Shown one piece after another: positions 36,801 through 44,015 of a stretch of DNA of 44,015 nt. The notes under the pieces are model-generated. The model had not been told where the DNA came from, did not search any database, and saw only the letters and a list, made by a program, of their open reading frames with translations. A program made the position numbers and the translations under genes. How positions within the stretch are numbered: the first letter of the stretch is position 1; each line of letters begins with the position of its first letter. Origin of the DNA: Bacteroidales bacterium (GTDB taxonomy: Bacteria > Bacteroidota > Bacteroidia > Bacteroidales > VadinHA17). The stretch lies in contig JADGPT010000003.1 in NCBI GenBank assembly GCA_017882345.1, positions 1-44,015 of the forward strand, in the 5' to 3' direction.

Positions 36801-38337
36801 TTGTTTTTTTCTTTATTGTGACCTCATTATTAATTCTATCATAGAAAATAAAGCCCTTATTGGCCATATCGATGCATAAACCGGTAACAGCCTCTACAGG
36901 CCTATTAAGCCATCTGGCAAATTCAGCCACGGAAAATGTCTCGGAGTAGAACCATTCTGCAAATTTAGTCAGACGGTTTAGAGGATGGTATTCATCGAGT
37001 CCCATCAACTGTAAAAAATAGGCTGAGTTGAAGAACGAGGTGGATTCAAATTCTGCATGTCCAAGAGAGGCTCCTCTTGCATGTGAAAGAACAATTTTAA
37101 AATCGTTCATATTCCACGACAAATATTCAAAATACATGTCGAGGTTGTGAAATGAATCGAAATAGGGACTCCCGGAGATCGGATTACTTGTGCGGAAGAG
37201 ATTTACCTGTCTGGTAGAAACAAAGTATGAAAACCCCAGGTTTGAATGGTATATTGAATCCTTGTCAAGATACAGCGACATGGTAACTTCCTGGCTGCTT
37301 AATCCGGTTTTGGAGAAGAGAAATTCTTTTGAACGTATTCTGAGATAAAGAGTATCATTTCTGAAAAGAGTAATTTTCGCCGGGTCAGCATTTTTACCGG
37401 TTCCCTTCACATTAGCCCCTTCAAATGTGAGTCCGCCTTCATAATTAACACCCTTGTATATGTTTTTAATCTTAAATTCTTTTGCATAAGTTTCAAAACG
37501 AGGATAGTTAGCTTTTTCCTTGTTGGTAAAGCTTATTGCCTGGTCGGCAAGTAATCCTGTAACCGGTTCTTTAAAATAGGTAGCATGCGTAAGTTTCGCA
37601 GAATCAACGGTGAAACTGCTTTTTGTCATATTAATTGTATAGCCGGTGAGTTCAGCAAAAACTTCATTACGTGGATATCCGGCTTTTTCCCAGGTAACGA
37701 CACCTTTTGTACCTATGAATTGCTGGGTCTCAGGATAGTAACTTCCCGTGACATTGTATAGTTCTGTACTGTCTTTTTGAGAATAGCATGTTAGTGTAGC
37801 GTTGGAAACAGTAACATAAATAGCAGTGTCGTGCAAAAATTTAAGAGTATTATTCTTTACCTTCCATTTAACACTTCCAGATTCGAAGAGCACATTTTCT
37901 TTGACCATCAGGCTGCTATTTTTAAAATACCTGTCGATATTGTCATTTGTAAATGTCTGACTGAATGCTATTTCACTTAAGCCTTTAAACCAATTCGTGA
38001 AAAAAGAGACGTCACGTTTATACTCGATGAAATAATTCAGGGTCAACAGAAAATCATTAAAGTGGGGTACAGGTCTCATTTGTCTCGATGATAACTGAAC
38101 CGAAACATTAATTATTTTATTCATAATATCAGAGCTGAAAGCAGAGCTGTCCCATCTGGAAAGGAATGTATTAAGGTTTGCAAGCTGATCGGCATTAAGG
38201 TTCGGTCCCATAAAAGATGTGAGTTCGGTTCTGAACTTTGCAGGATCTCCGGAAAATGCAGATTTGGCCTGGGAATGCAATATCCCGGTAGATACTAAAA
38301 AGATTAACTGAATCAGAATTGCCAGCTTTTTTGACAT
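33829..38337 (-). CDS. Large (1502 aa) exported hypothetical beta-rich protein
   Basis: Uninterrupted 4.5-kb ORF, signal peptide MSKKLAILIQLIFLVSTGILHS/Q, alternating-hydrophobic beta pattern; no catalytic motif recognised. Confidence 0.85.
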   Translation of the reverse strand: MSKKLAILIQLIFLVSTGILHSQAKSAFSGDPAKFRTELTSFMGPNLNADQLANLNTFLSRWDSSAFSSDIMNKIINVSVQLSSRQMRPVPHFNDFLLTLNYFIEYKRDVSFFTNWFKGLSEIAFSQTFTNDNIDRYFKNSSLMVKENVLFESGSVKWKVKNNTLKFLHDTAIYVTVSNATLTCYSQKDSTELYNVTGSYYPETQQFIGTKGVVTWEKAGYPRNEVFAELTGYTINMTKSSFTVDSAKLTHATYFKEPVTGLLADQAISFTNKEKANYPRFETYAKEFKIKNIYKGVNYEGGLTFEGANVKGTGKNADPAKITLFRNDTLYLRIRSKEFLFSKTGLSSQEVTMSLYLDKDSIYHSNLGFSYFVSTRQVNLFRTSNPISGSPYFDSFHNLDMYFEYLSWNMNDFKIVLSHARGASLGHAEFESTSFFNSAYFLQLMGLDEYHPLNRLTKFAEWFYSETFSVAEFARWLNRPVEAVTGLCIDMANKGFIFYDRINNEVTIKKKTKDFLNSYARKKDYDIINIVSETRAPADNAILDLKKFGLTINGVSSVLLSDSQKVAIYPYNKQLIIGKNRNINFDGIVEAGLFTVFGHNFLFSYDTFKIRLQKIDSIKISVETDKRDKLGNPIIQNVENLIQLGSAELYIDKPDNKSGLKSLKQYPIINTTTNSYIFYDKIAGLEGVYKQKDFYFKVDPFTYENIDHYTNKDLNLSGEFVGGNILKPMRQYLVIQENNSLGFNMTIPPEGIEVYGNRGILYNALSMSNKGLTGSGTIKHLTSTTVSDEFKFFPDSMITNASTFNIEKDGSGIFPILNSQDVAVRWLTQKDEWIATTAEGKTFNMFGNGTTLDGKLSLSPARLNGTGIINLTDSRVTSNLFSFTSNAIKADTADYTLKSLSTNGYSFIAENANTEINFDLKMAHFRLNTDSSVVKFPEIQYICTMTDFTYNMENRILNMEQKGKSNIPLLTTDKLIKLDFARLDKPTFFATNNLSDTVAFSSWKGSYHLDQEYIEAENINYIHIADALIQPENGKIIINRRAKIQQMQNAVIALNHRHILHSAKIDIESTKRYTGSAIYDYLDENKEIQKINFPELEVDTATTYAKGYIPVSQKFMLSPAFSFSGDVALSARADNLTFTGAAGILHNCRTIESYSLKFKYQIDPKNVMIPVVEKPRDMNDNLVVSGSFINIDSIHIYPTFLSAQKSWSDVALVNSNGWLYYEKAKGRYLIASREKLIDQTLPGNMIGFDKNYCILSGEGHIDFGAKLDLVKLTSAGNVVHVLDSGKVNINAILALDFHFSSEALKVMADEIRMMPSLKPVNLNSDLNNKAMKDLLGVNIASQLKEDMDLFGATRNLPKEFKYELLLNDVKLFWNESTASFRSTGKIGIGFIGPQPVNVYVDGYIEIQRRRSGDLIDIYLKADQSTWYYFSYFRGVMMTQSGNNSYNTIIAKTKLNDRKHPESTIKVPYTYMIAVEDRLGKFLQRMSDNKAEDNSRDLNGLIK

Positions 38338-38401
38338 GAAATCAGAAATTATTTAACTTTTATACTGACAGACCCCATCCTTTTCACCCCCATCCCACCT
38401 G

Positions 38402-38434
38402 TTTTTACCCCCAACCCCCCAATTGGGGGGCTTT
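38402..38434 (-). repeat. Full copy of AAAGC6-AATT-G6-TT-G5-TAAAAA element
   Basis: Reverse complement reads aaagccccccaattggggggttgggggtaaaaa, nearly identical to 6768-6801; lies downstream of tpiA in sense orientation. Confidence 0.88.
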
Positions 38435-38472
38435 AACCATTTAAGGTGTTAGAATCTGGTCAGAGAGGAGGG

Positions 38473-39231
38473 TTAAAATGCTTCCACTATAGCTGTAAAA
38501 TCCTCTTTTTTAAGAGCTGCACCGCCTATCAATCCACCATCTACGTCGGGCTTAGAAAAGATTTCATTGGCATTTGATGGTTTGCAGCTACCTCCATAAA
38601 GAATCGGGAGTTTCTTAGCGCAATCATTGCCATATTTCTCTTTAACCAGATCACGGATGTACTTATGCATCTCCTGAGCCTGATCAGGCGTTGCAGTCAA
38701 TCCTGTTCCGATTGCCCACACCGGTTCATACGCCAGAACAATCATATCCATTTGTTCCTCAGTAAGGTTGAATAATCCTTCCTGAAGTTGTCTTTTTACA
38801 ATAAGAAAATGTTGTCCGGCTTCCCTTTCTTTTAATACTTCACCTATGCAGAAAATAACCTTCAATCCGCTGTTAATAGCTAGTAATGTCTTTTTATTCA
38901 GAAGTTTATCATCCTCATGATAGTAAGTTCTTCTTTCAGAATGCCCTATTATAACATACTGGGCACCGGTACTTTTTACCATCCATGCTGAAACTTCACC
39001 TGTAAAGGCTCCGGAAGCCTCGGCTGCACAGTTTTGAGCGCCAAGTGCTACCTTCCCGTGTTTAAGAATTTCGCCCACTCCAGCCAGATGTATAAACGGT
39101 GGACATAAGATAACCAATGCCTTATCCGAAGGAGTTTCCCTGAAATACTTTTCAATCGACCCGGCGAACTTCAGGCCTTCTGCCAGATCCATATTCATTT
39201 TCCAGTTACCGGCAACAATCTTCTTTCTCAT
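38473..39231 (-). CDS. tpiA: Triosephosphate isomerase
   Basis: AGNWKMN, GAFTGEVS, IGHSERR, AYEPVWAIGTG, LYGGS, DGGLIGGA. Confidence 0.98.
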   Translation of the reverse strand: MRKKIVAGNWKMNMDLAEGLKFAGSIEKYFRETPSDKALVILCPPFIHLAGVGEILKHGKVALGAQNCAAEASGAFTGEVSAWMVKSTGAQYVIIGHSERRTYYHEDDKLLNKKTLLAINSGLKVIFCIGEVLKEREAGQHFLIVKRQLQEGLFNLTEEQMDMIVLAYEPVWAIGTGLTATPDQAQEMHKYIRDLVKEKYGNDCAKKLPILYGGSCKPSNANEIFSKPDVDGGLIGGAALKKEDFTAIVEAF

Positions 39232-39329
39232 ATAAATTAATGTTTTAAGATGTAATTATATTTAAATGTACAAAAAATTGAGTACTTAAAGTGATCTAAA
39301 GTTTGGAGTGCCTGAAGTTGTGGCATAAA

Positions 39330-40442
39330 TTATTTATTTAAAACCGGAAGTTTTCCAAACCATTCCGGTTTAGGAACATTTGCCCATGACCATTTTTCAA
39401 GAATTATTCCATCTTTAAGCAAAATGTAACCCGGATTTGCTCTTACCATTGTCTTCAAAGTAGTCTCATCTGCAGAACAGAAATTCAACCCGTTTTCATA
39501 ACTTTTCACCTCATCTGTTCCTGAAGAGGTGAGAATATAAAAGTTAATTCCGTTTGCCATGCAATAATTGCCAAGTTTAAATCCTTCGGATAAAGATCTT
39601 TGTCCTGCCTCAGAAAGTTTTTTAGTTATCATTAAAACAGAATATCCGGAGTAAGATAGTATATTTTGAGTAAGATCCTCTCCATTTAATGCAGTTATGA
39701 TAAAATCATGTATAGGAGGTTTATATCCTTTTTTTACCAGGACGGATTTCTGATCAACAAACTTCCAGGTTGAATCATCAGCCGGATAGTTATTAATGTT
39801 AAAATCCTTTTTGACGCCGTTTTTTTCATAGATAAATGTAGTGCTGTACTCATCGCCCGGAACTCCTTCGGGGATAATCATTTTATCGGCAATTTTCACT
39901 CCTGATTTATACGGAAGAAAATCGATAACAGGTAAATATCTGAGGTTTGCCAGCGAAAAAATAACAAAAAGAACAGTAGTTATGATTATTATAATCCATT
40001 CAGTTGTTTTCCCCGGGATACTCCTAATCTGGTTTTTACCTGTATAAAGTACTATCAATAAGGAAACTAAGACTATATTTTTTCCAAATGTCTGCCAATT
40101 TGTAAGATGGATTGCATCGCCGAAACAGCCACAGTCTGAAACGGGATTAGTCAGTGCAAGTATGAATGTAAGAGGAGTAAAGATTACCAGAAGAATAAAG
40201 ACACCCCAGATTCCTGTTTTCTGCCTGAAACCTGTAAGTAATGAAAAACCTGCGATGAATTCAGCCGTACACAGGAGGATAGCAAGAGGGAGGCTTAGAT
40301 TATTAAGAAACCCAAGATGAAAAGCCTGAAAATAATCATGGAATTTATACGCAGAGCCCAGAGGATCAATTGCTTTAACTATTCCGGAGAAGATAAAGAC
40401 CAGACCAATTATTATTCTGCTCAGAGTTCTTAATATCTTCAT
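39330..40442 (-). CDS. BT_3928-like DoxX/MauE membrane protein with C-terminal thioredoxin-like domain
   Basis: R...G..FIFSG..KAIDP.G, DCGCFGDA, DFLPYK.G, LKTMVRANPG. Start moved to ATG 40442, just past the tmk stop. Confidence 0.85.
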   Translation of the reverse strand: MKILRTLSRIIIGLVFIFSGIVKAIDPLGSAYKFHDYFQAFHLGFLNNLSLPLAILLCTAEFIAGFSLLTGFRQKTGIWGVFILLVIFTPLTFILALTNPVSDCGCFGDAIHLTNWQTFGKNIVLVSLLIVLYTGKNQIRSIPGKTTEWIIIIITTVLFVIFSLANLRYLPVIDFLPYKSGVKIADKMIIPEGVPGDEYSTTFIYEKNGVKKDFNINNYPADDSTWKFVDQKSVLVKKGYKPPIHDFIITALNGEDLTQNILSYSGYSVLMITKKLSEAGQRSLSEGFKLGNYCMANGINFYILTSSGTDEVKSYENGLNFCSADETTLKTMVRANPGYILLKDGIILEKWSWANVPKPEWFGKLPVLNK

Positions 40443-40443
40443 T

Positions 40444-41133
40444 TCAAACGCACTTTTTATTATTGAAAACATTTAATATACGATTAAATATTTCAGAAGG
40501 AGTAAGCATCGTCCCATTGCTGTTACCACAGTTGATAACCGCTAGCCGGTCATCCGATTTTGAAACTCTCAGATAAATATCCCTGACCTTTTTCTGAAAT
40601 ACTATACTCTCTTCATGGATATCACGGGTTCCGTTAAGATAATTCCGGTCATTTCCGGTTCTTGTTTTCATTAAATTTTTTTCTGCAAAAGCAAATGGGA
40701 CATCGAGGAAAATATTAAGGTCGGGTTTTGGAATTGCAAAATGATTAAACTCGAGAGACATAATCCAGTTCATAAGCTTATCCTGGCTCTTTATATCATT
40801 TAACTTGGCACATTGATACGCTATATTTGAATATGTATATCTGTCGAGCAGGACAATCTTTCCTTCAGTCAGCCAATTGCTTATTATGGCTGAAGCATCT
40901 TTTCTGTCACCTGCATAAAGCATTGCAACCAGGTATGGATCAACATCATCCAATAATCCGAATTCTCCTCTTAAAAACCTTGCAATAAGCTCTCCGAAGT
41001 ATGGGGTTTCAGTTCTGGGGAAGTGCATATATTCACAGTCATACCCTTTCTTTGATAAAAAGTCTCTTAACAACTTTATCTGTGTTGATTTGCCGGCGCC
41101 ATCCACCCCTTCAATAACTAAAAGCTTCATCAT
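40444..41133 (-). CDS. tmk: Thymidylate (dTMP) kinase
   Basis: IEGVDGAGKSTQ P-loop, HFPR, LYAGDR, DRYTYSN.AYQ, PDL.IFLDV. Confidence 0.9.
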   Translation of the reverse strand: MMKLLVIEGVDGAGKSTQIKLLRDFLSKKGYDCEYMHFPRTETPYFGELIARFLRGEFGLLDDVDPYLVAMLYAGDRKDASAIISNWLTEGKIVLLDRYTYSNIAYQCAKLNDIKSQDKLMNWIMSLEFNHFAIPKPDLNIFLDVPFAFAEKNLMKTRTGNDRNYLNGTRDIHEESIVFQKKVRDIYLRVSKSDDRLAVINCGNSNGTMLTPSEIFNRILNVFNNKKCV

Positions 41134-41153
41134 TTAATTGATTTCAATCAGTA

Positions 41154-41161
41154 CAAATATA
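41154..41161 (-). promoter_or_regulatory. -7 promoter element (TATATTTG) for tmk operon
   Basis: TAnnTTTG about 20 nt upstream of tmk on the minus strand. Confidence 0.55.
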
Positions 41162-41237
41162 ATAACCACAGGGCAAAGATGGAAATGTATGATTGGTTTA
41201 TTGCAAATTTCGTTAATTTCGTCTATTCTTTAAAACT

Positions 41238-42098
41238 ATGTTTCCGGAAAAACCTCAGTATATTAACGCAGGGGGCAAACTGCTTGACCTTGCAATCCCC
41301 AGGGTGATGGGAATATTAAATATTACACCTGACTCTTTCTATTCCGGAAGCCGCTATAGTACCGATGAAGAGATACTGAGTGCAGCAACACGAATGTTAG
41401 AGGATGGTGCAGATATACTCGATGTCGGGGGATACTCCTCACGTCCGGGAGCAGCAGATATCTCAATTCAGGAGGAGGGTGCACGTGTCCTGAAGGCAAT
41501 TAAACTGATAAGCAGGGAATTCCCTGAGGCGATTATATCAGTTGATACTTTTCGTGCCGATATTGCCAGGGAGGCTGTTGTTGAATGCGGTGCTAACATG
41601 ATAAATGATATCTCAGGGGGTGACGCTGACAGCGAAATGTTCTTTACTATTGAGAATCTGAATGTTCCATATATTTTGATGCATATGAAGGGGAATCCGC
41701 GCTCGATGCAGAATAAACCGGTTTATGAAGATATTGTAGCAGATATTCTTAAATGGTTTGGCGAAAGGATCTTCAGATTAAATTCTTCAGGAGTAAAGGA
41801 TATTATAATTGATCCCGGTTTCGGATTCGGGAAAACCATTGATCATAACTTTGAACTTCTCAGGAGACTCGGCGATTTTTCAATAGCCAGGTTGCCGGTT
41901 GTCGTTGGTATATCACGAAAATCGATGATCTGGAAGACACTTGATATTTCTGCTGATGAGGCTCTGAATGGAACTACAGCGCTTAATGCAATAGCACTTT
42001 TTAATGGCGCTGATATTTTGAGGGTTCATGACGTAAAAGAGGCAGTACAGACTGTACAATTAATTTTGAGGATCAGAAATTCCGGGAATAAGTTGTAA
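41238..42098 (+). CDS. folP: Dihydropteroate synthase
   Basis: MGILNITPDSF, GG.SSRPGA, SVDT, INDISGG, DPGFGFGK, SRKS, RVHDV. Confidence 0.96.
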   Translation: MFPEKPQYINAGGKLLDLAIPRVMGILNITPDSFYSGSRYSTDEEILSAATRMLEDGADILDVGGYSSRPGAADISIQEEGARVLKAIKLISREFPEAIISVDTFRADIAREAVVECGANMINDISGGDADSEMFFTIENLNVPYILMHMKGNPRSMQNKPVYEDIVADILKWFGERIFRLNSSGVKDIIIDPGFGFGKTIDHNFELLRRLGDFSIARLPVVVGISRKSMIWKTLDISADEALNGTTALNAIALFNGADILRVHDVKEAVQTVQLILRIRNSGNKL

Positions 42099-42197
42099 AG
42101 ACAAAAGACAATCCACCTTCGCTACCATCTTCACAGGCATTTCGTCAGTCAAAGAAAGCTATGGTGGACGAAGAAAGTAAAAAGACAAAAGTGAAAA
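42099..42197 (+). repeat. Heptamer tract interrupted by a tccaccttcgct...agctatggtgga hairpin element
   Basis: acaaaag acaa [42112-42174] aag taaaaag acaaaag tgaaa; the flanks match the guaA-downstream tract. Confidence 0.75.
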
Positions 42198-42299
42198 ATC
42201 AAAACATTCAAACATCAATATTCGGACAAAAGTCTATGGACCATTAAGTTTACGCTTAAAAATGTTTCTTTATTATTAACGATTATTTAGATTATAATT

Positions 42300-43076
42300 A
42301 TGCCATTTCATATAACCATTCTTGATATTATTGATATTGTTCTTGTTGCAATAGTACTCTTTCAGCTATACCGTCTTATCAGAGGTACAGCAGCTTTCAG
42401 CATCTTCCTGGGAATCTTTTTTATCTACCTTTTCTGGCTTGTTGTAAAAGCTCTGAACATGGAGCTGATAAGCGCTTTACTTGGTCAGGTTATTGGCGTT
42501 GGCGTTATTGCTCTTATTATTGTGTTTCAACAAGAAGTCAGAAGGTTTTTACTGGTAATTGGAAACAAGTATATCACAAGGAGCAGATTCTCGTTCAGCA
42601 GGTTGTTCTCTTTGGTTACAAATGAACCAGGAAGCCCCAGAGAAGCCGAGGAGATTGTAAAAGCATGTGAAAGACTTGCATCAAAGAAAACCGGAGCTCT
42701 GATAGTGATTGGCAGAAAAAGCAGTCTTGATCTCTTTTCTGAAGGAGGGGAGATACTTAAAGCGCAGATAAGTGCAGAATTACTTGAAACAATATTTTTC
42801 AAGAATACTCCATTGCACGACGGGGCTGTACTTATTGAAGGCGGATTGATACTCGCTGCCAGATGTCCCTTACCAACTACTGACCAGGTCACTTTACCTC
42901 CCCGATTCGGGATGCGTCACAGGGCTGCAATCGGGATGTCGGAACACTCTGATGCACTTATTGTTGTACTATCCGAAGAATCCGGATTTATTTCCGTCGT
43001 TGATACAGGTGAAATCAGGGAAAATATCACGCCAAACGATCTGCGGAATATTCTGCTTATGGAGAAGGTCTGGTAA
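42300..43076 (+). CDS. cdaA: Diadenylate cyclase CdaA (DacA)
   Basis: Three N-terminal TM segments, VFQQE.RR, GALIV, PLHDGA, GMRHRAA, SEESG. Confidence 0.93.
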   Translation: MPFHITILDIIDIVLVAIVLFQLYRLIRGTAAFSIFLGIFFIYLFWLVVKALNMELISALLGQVIGVGVIALIIVFQQEVRRFLLVIGNKYITRSRFSFSRLFSLVTNEPGSPREAEEIVKACERLASKKTGALIVIGRKSSLDLFSEGGEILKAQISAELLETIFFKNTPLHDGAVLIEGGLILAARCPLPTTDQVTLPPRFGMRHRAAIGMSEHSDALIVVLSEESGFISVVDTGEIRENITPNDLRNILLMEKVW

Positions 43077-43184
43077 GACCCTATGCCACATACCCAATAG
43101 AAAAATAATCCCTGTTGCTTGATAGTTATCATTTTATTATGTAAATTTGGTATAAAATGATGTATCTCTGAAATAATTATAACA

Positions 43185-43418
43185 ATGAAATCTAAATTCT
43201 TAAGACTTAACAGTCGCGATTTTATAAACGGGTTGATAGTAGTAATGTTTTGCACATTCATTACCGGCTTATATCAGCTTATTGCCAATGGAGGCGTTAT
43301 TAACTGGCTGACAATTAAGCCAGTAGTAATTGCGGCAATTGGCTCTGGCGTAGCTTACCTGACTAAGAACCTTCTCACAAACTCGAAGGGTAAGTTTATG
43401 ATGAGAGAGGCAAGTTGA
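43185..43418 (+). CDS. Small two-TM membrane protein, holin-like
   Basis: 77 aa, two hydrophobic segments, basic termini, AYL.KNL.TNS motif; TAAATTTG promoter motif at 43142-43149. Confidence 0.65.
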   Translation: MKSKFLRLNSRDFINGLIVVMFCTFITGLYQLIANGGVINWLTIKPVVIAAIGSGVAYLTKNLLTNSKGKFMMREAS

Positions 43419-43420
43419 AA

Positions 43421-44015
43421 CTAATTTATCTTATACATCATCAAAGTTTCCGCATCTTTTATATATATCTTTTCTCCTGCAACTATTGGGTATGAATAAA
43501 CAGAGGTTTCTGAAACCTTGTATTTTATCACTTCACTATAAGCAGTTGACGCAGGTTTAAATACTATCAGGTTTGCGGTACTTGGTAATCCTATAATTAC
43601 TGTACCACAATCAACGATTGAAGCAAAGTCACTGTTGACAGCATTATCGATCCATGCAGTTTGTCCAGTTGTTGAATTCAGGCAGTAGATTCTTTTCTGA
43701 TCAGTGAATCCATAGAGGAATCCATCTTTAAGTACAGGGGTGTTCCATTTTGCTCCTATTGTGGGGTTGGTCCATAATTCTTTTGTAACATATTCATTAC
43801 CACTCTTCTCTACTTTAAGCGCTTTCGTTCCTGTTCCCTGTCCGGTTAAATAAATTGTTTGTCCATCAATATATGGACTAACACAATTATAGAACCGTTG
43901 CTGAACAGGAGTCGCTATCTGCCACATTAGTTTTCCGTCCGCGAGGTTCAGGGAAATGAGGTTTTTTTCAGTCTGTACAATCAGATGTTTTTTGCCGTCA
44001 ATAATCATTACGGAG
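43421..44015 (-). CDS. PQQ-like beta-propeller repeat protein (5' part outside window)
   Basis: L...DGK..W, SP.I.G..IY, TPV..DG.LYG, CL...TG...W, YP.V.G..IYIKD repeats; frame is open to the window edge. Confidence 0.85.
   Translation of the reverse strand, partial: SVMIIDGKKHLIVQTEKNLISLNLADGKLMWQIATPVQQRFYNCVSPYIDGQTIYLTGQGTGTKALKVEKSGNEYVTKELWTNPTIGAKWNTPVLKDGFLYGFTDQKRIYCLNSTTGQTAWIDNAVNSDFASIVDCGTVIIGLPSTANLIVFKPASTAYSEVIKYKVSETSVYSYPIVAGEKIYIKDAETLMMYKIN

Noticed and set aside
43185-44015. Prophage edge
   Set aside because: Only one holin-like ORF; the neighbour is a PQQ-like propeller gene; no integrase, att-like repeat or phage structural genes seen.

Overview
AT-rich core-chromosome segment of a Bacteroidota (most likely an environmental Bacteroidales) genome. 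The assignment rests on recurrent TAnnTTTG -7 promoter motifs, A-rich translation starts without Shine-Dalgarno sites, and typical gene orders (rpsA-STAS-rnz; serC-serA-DUF1015; folP-cdaA opposite a DoxX-like gene and tpiA). It holds about 37 CDS, mostly housekeeping (ugd, rpsA, rnz, guaA, clpB, gcvT, serC, serA, uvrA, rsmE, tpiA, tmk, folP, cdaA). I saw no rRNA, tRNA, CRISPR array, transposase or prophage. The most interesting items are: (1) an orphan SiaB-like kinase/SiaC-like pair lacking SiaA/SiaD, convergent with a eukaryote-style ABCG/White half-transporter that carries TerB-like and possibly FHA-like N-terminal domains, plus two STAS proteins and a stand-alone Hpt; (2) a 1502-aa exported beta-rich protein with a repeating motif and an embedded winged-helix-like segment; (3) an uncharacterised lipoprotein + four-Cys secreted protein operon; (4) a family of modular intergenic repeats (NNAAAAG heptamer tracts, C6-N4-G6-TT-G6 palindromes, a nested hairpin); (5) a sigma54-type promoter with paired upstream boxes before clpB; (6) a SerB-less serine operon with DUF1015 and a Lys-type SerA. 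All family assignments come from motif recognition, not database searches.
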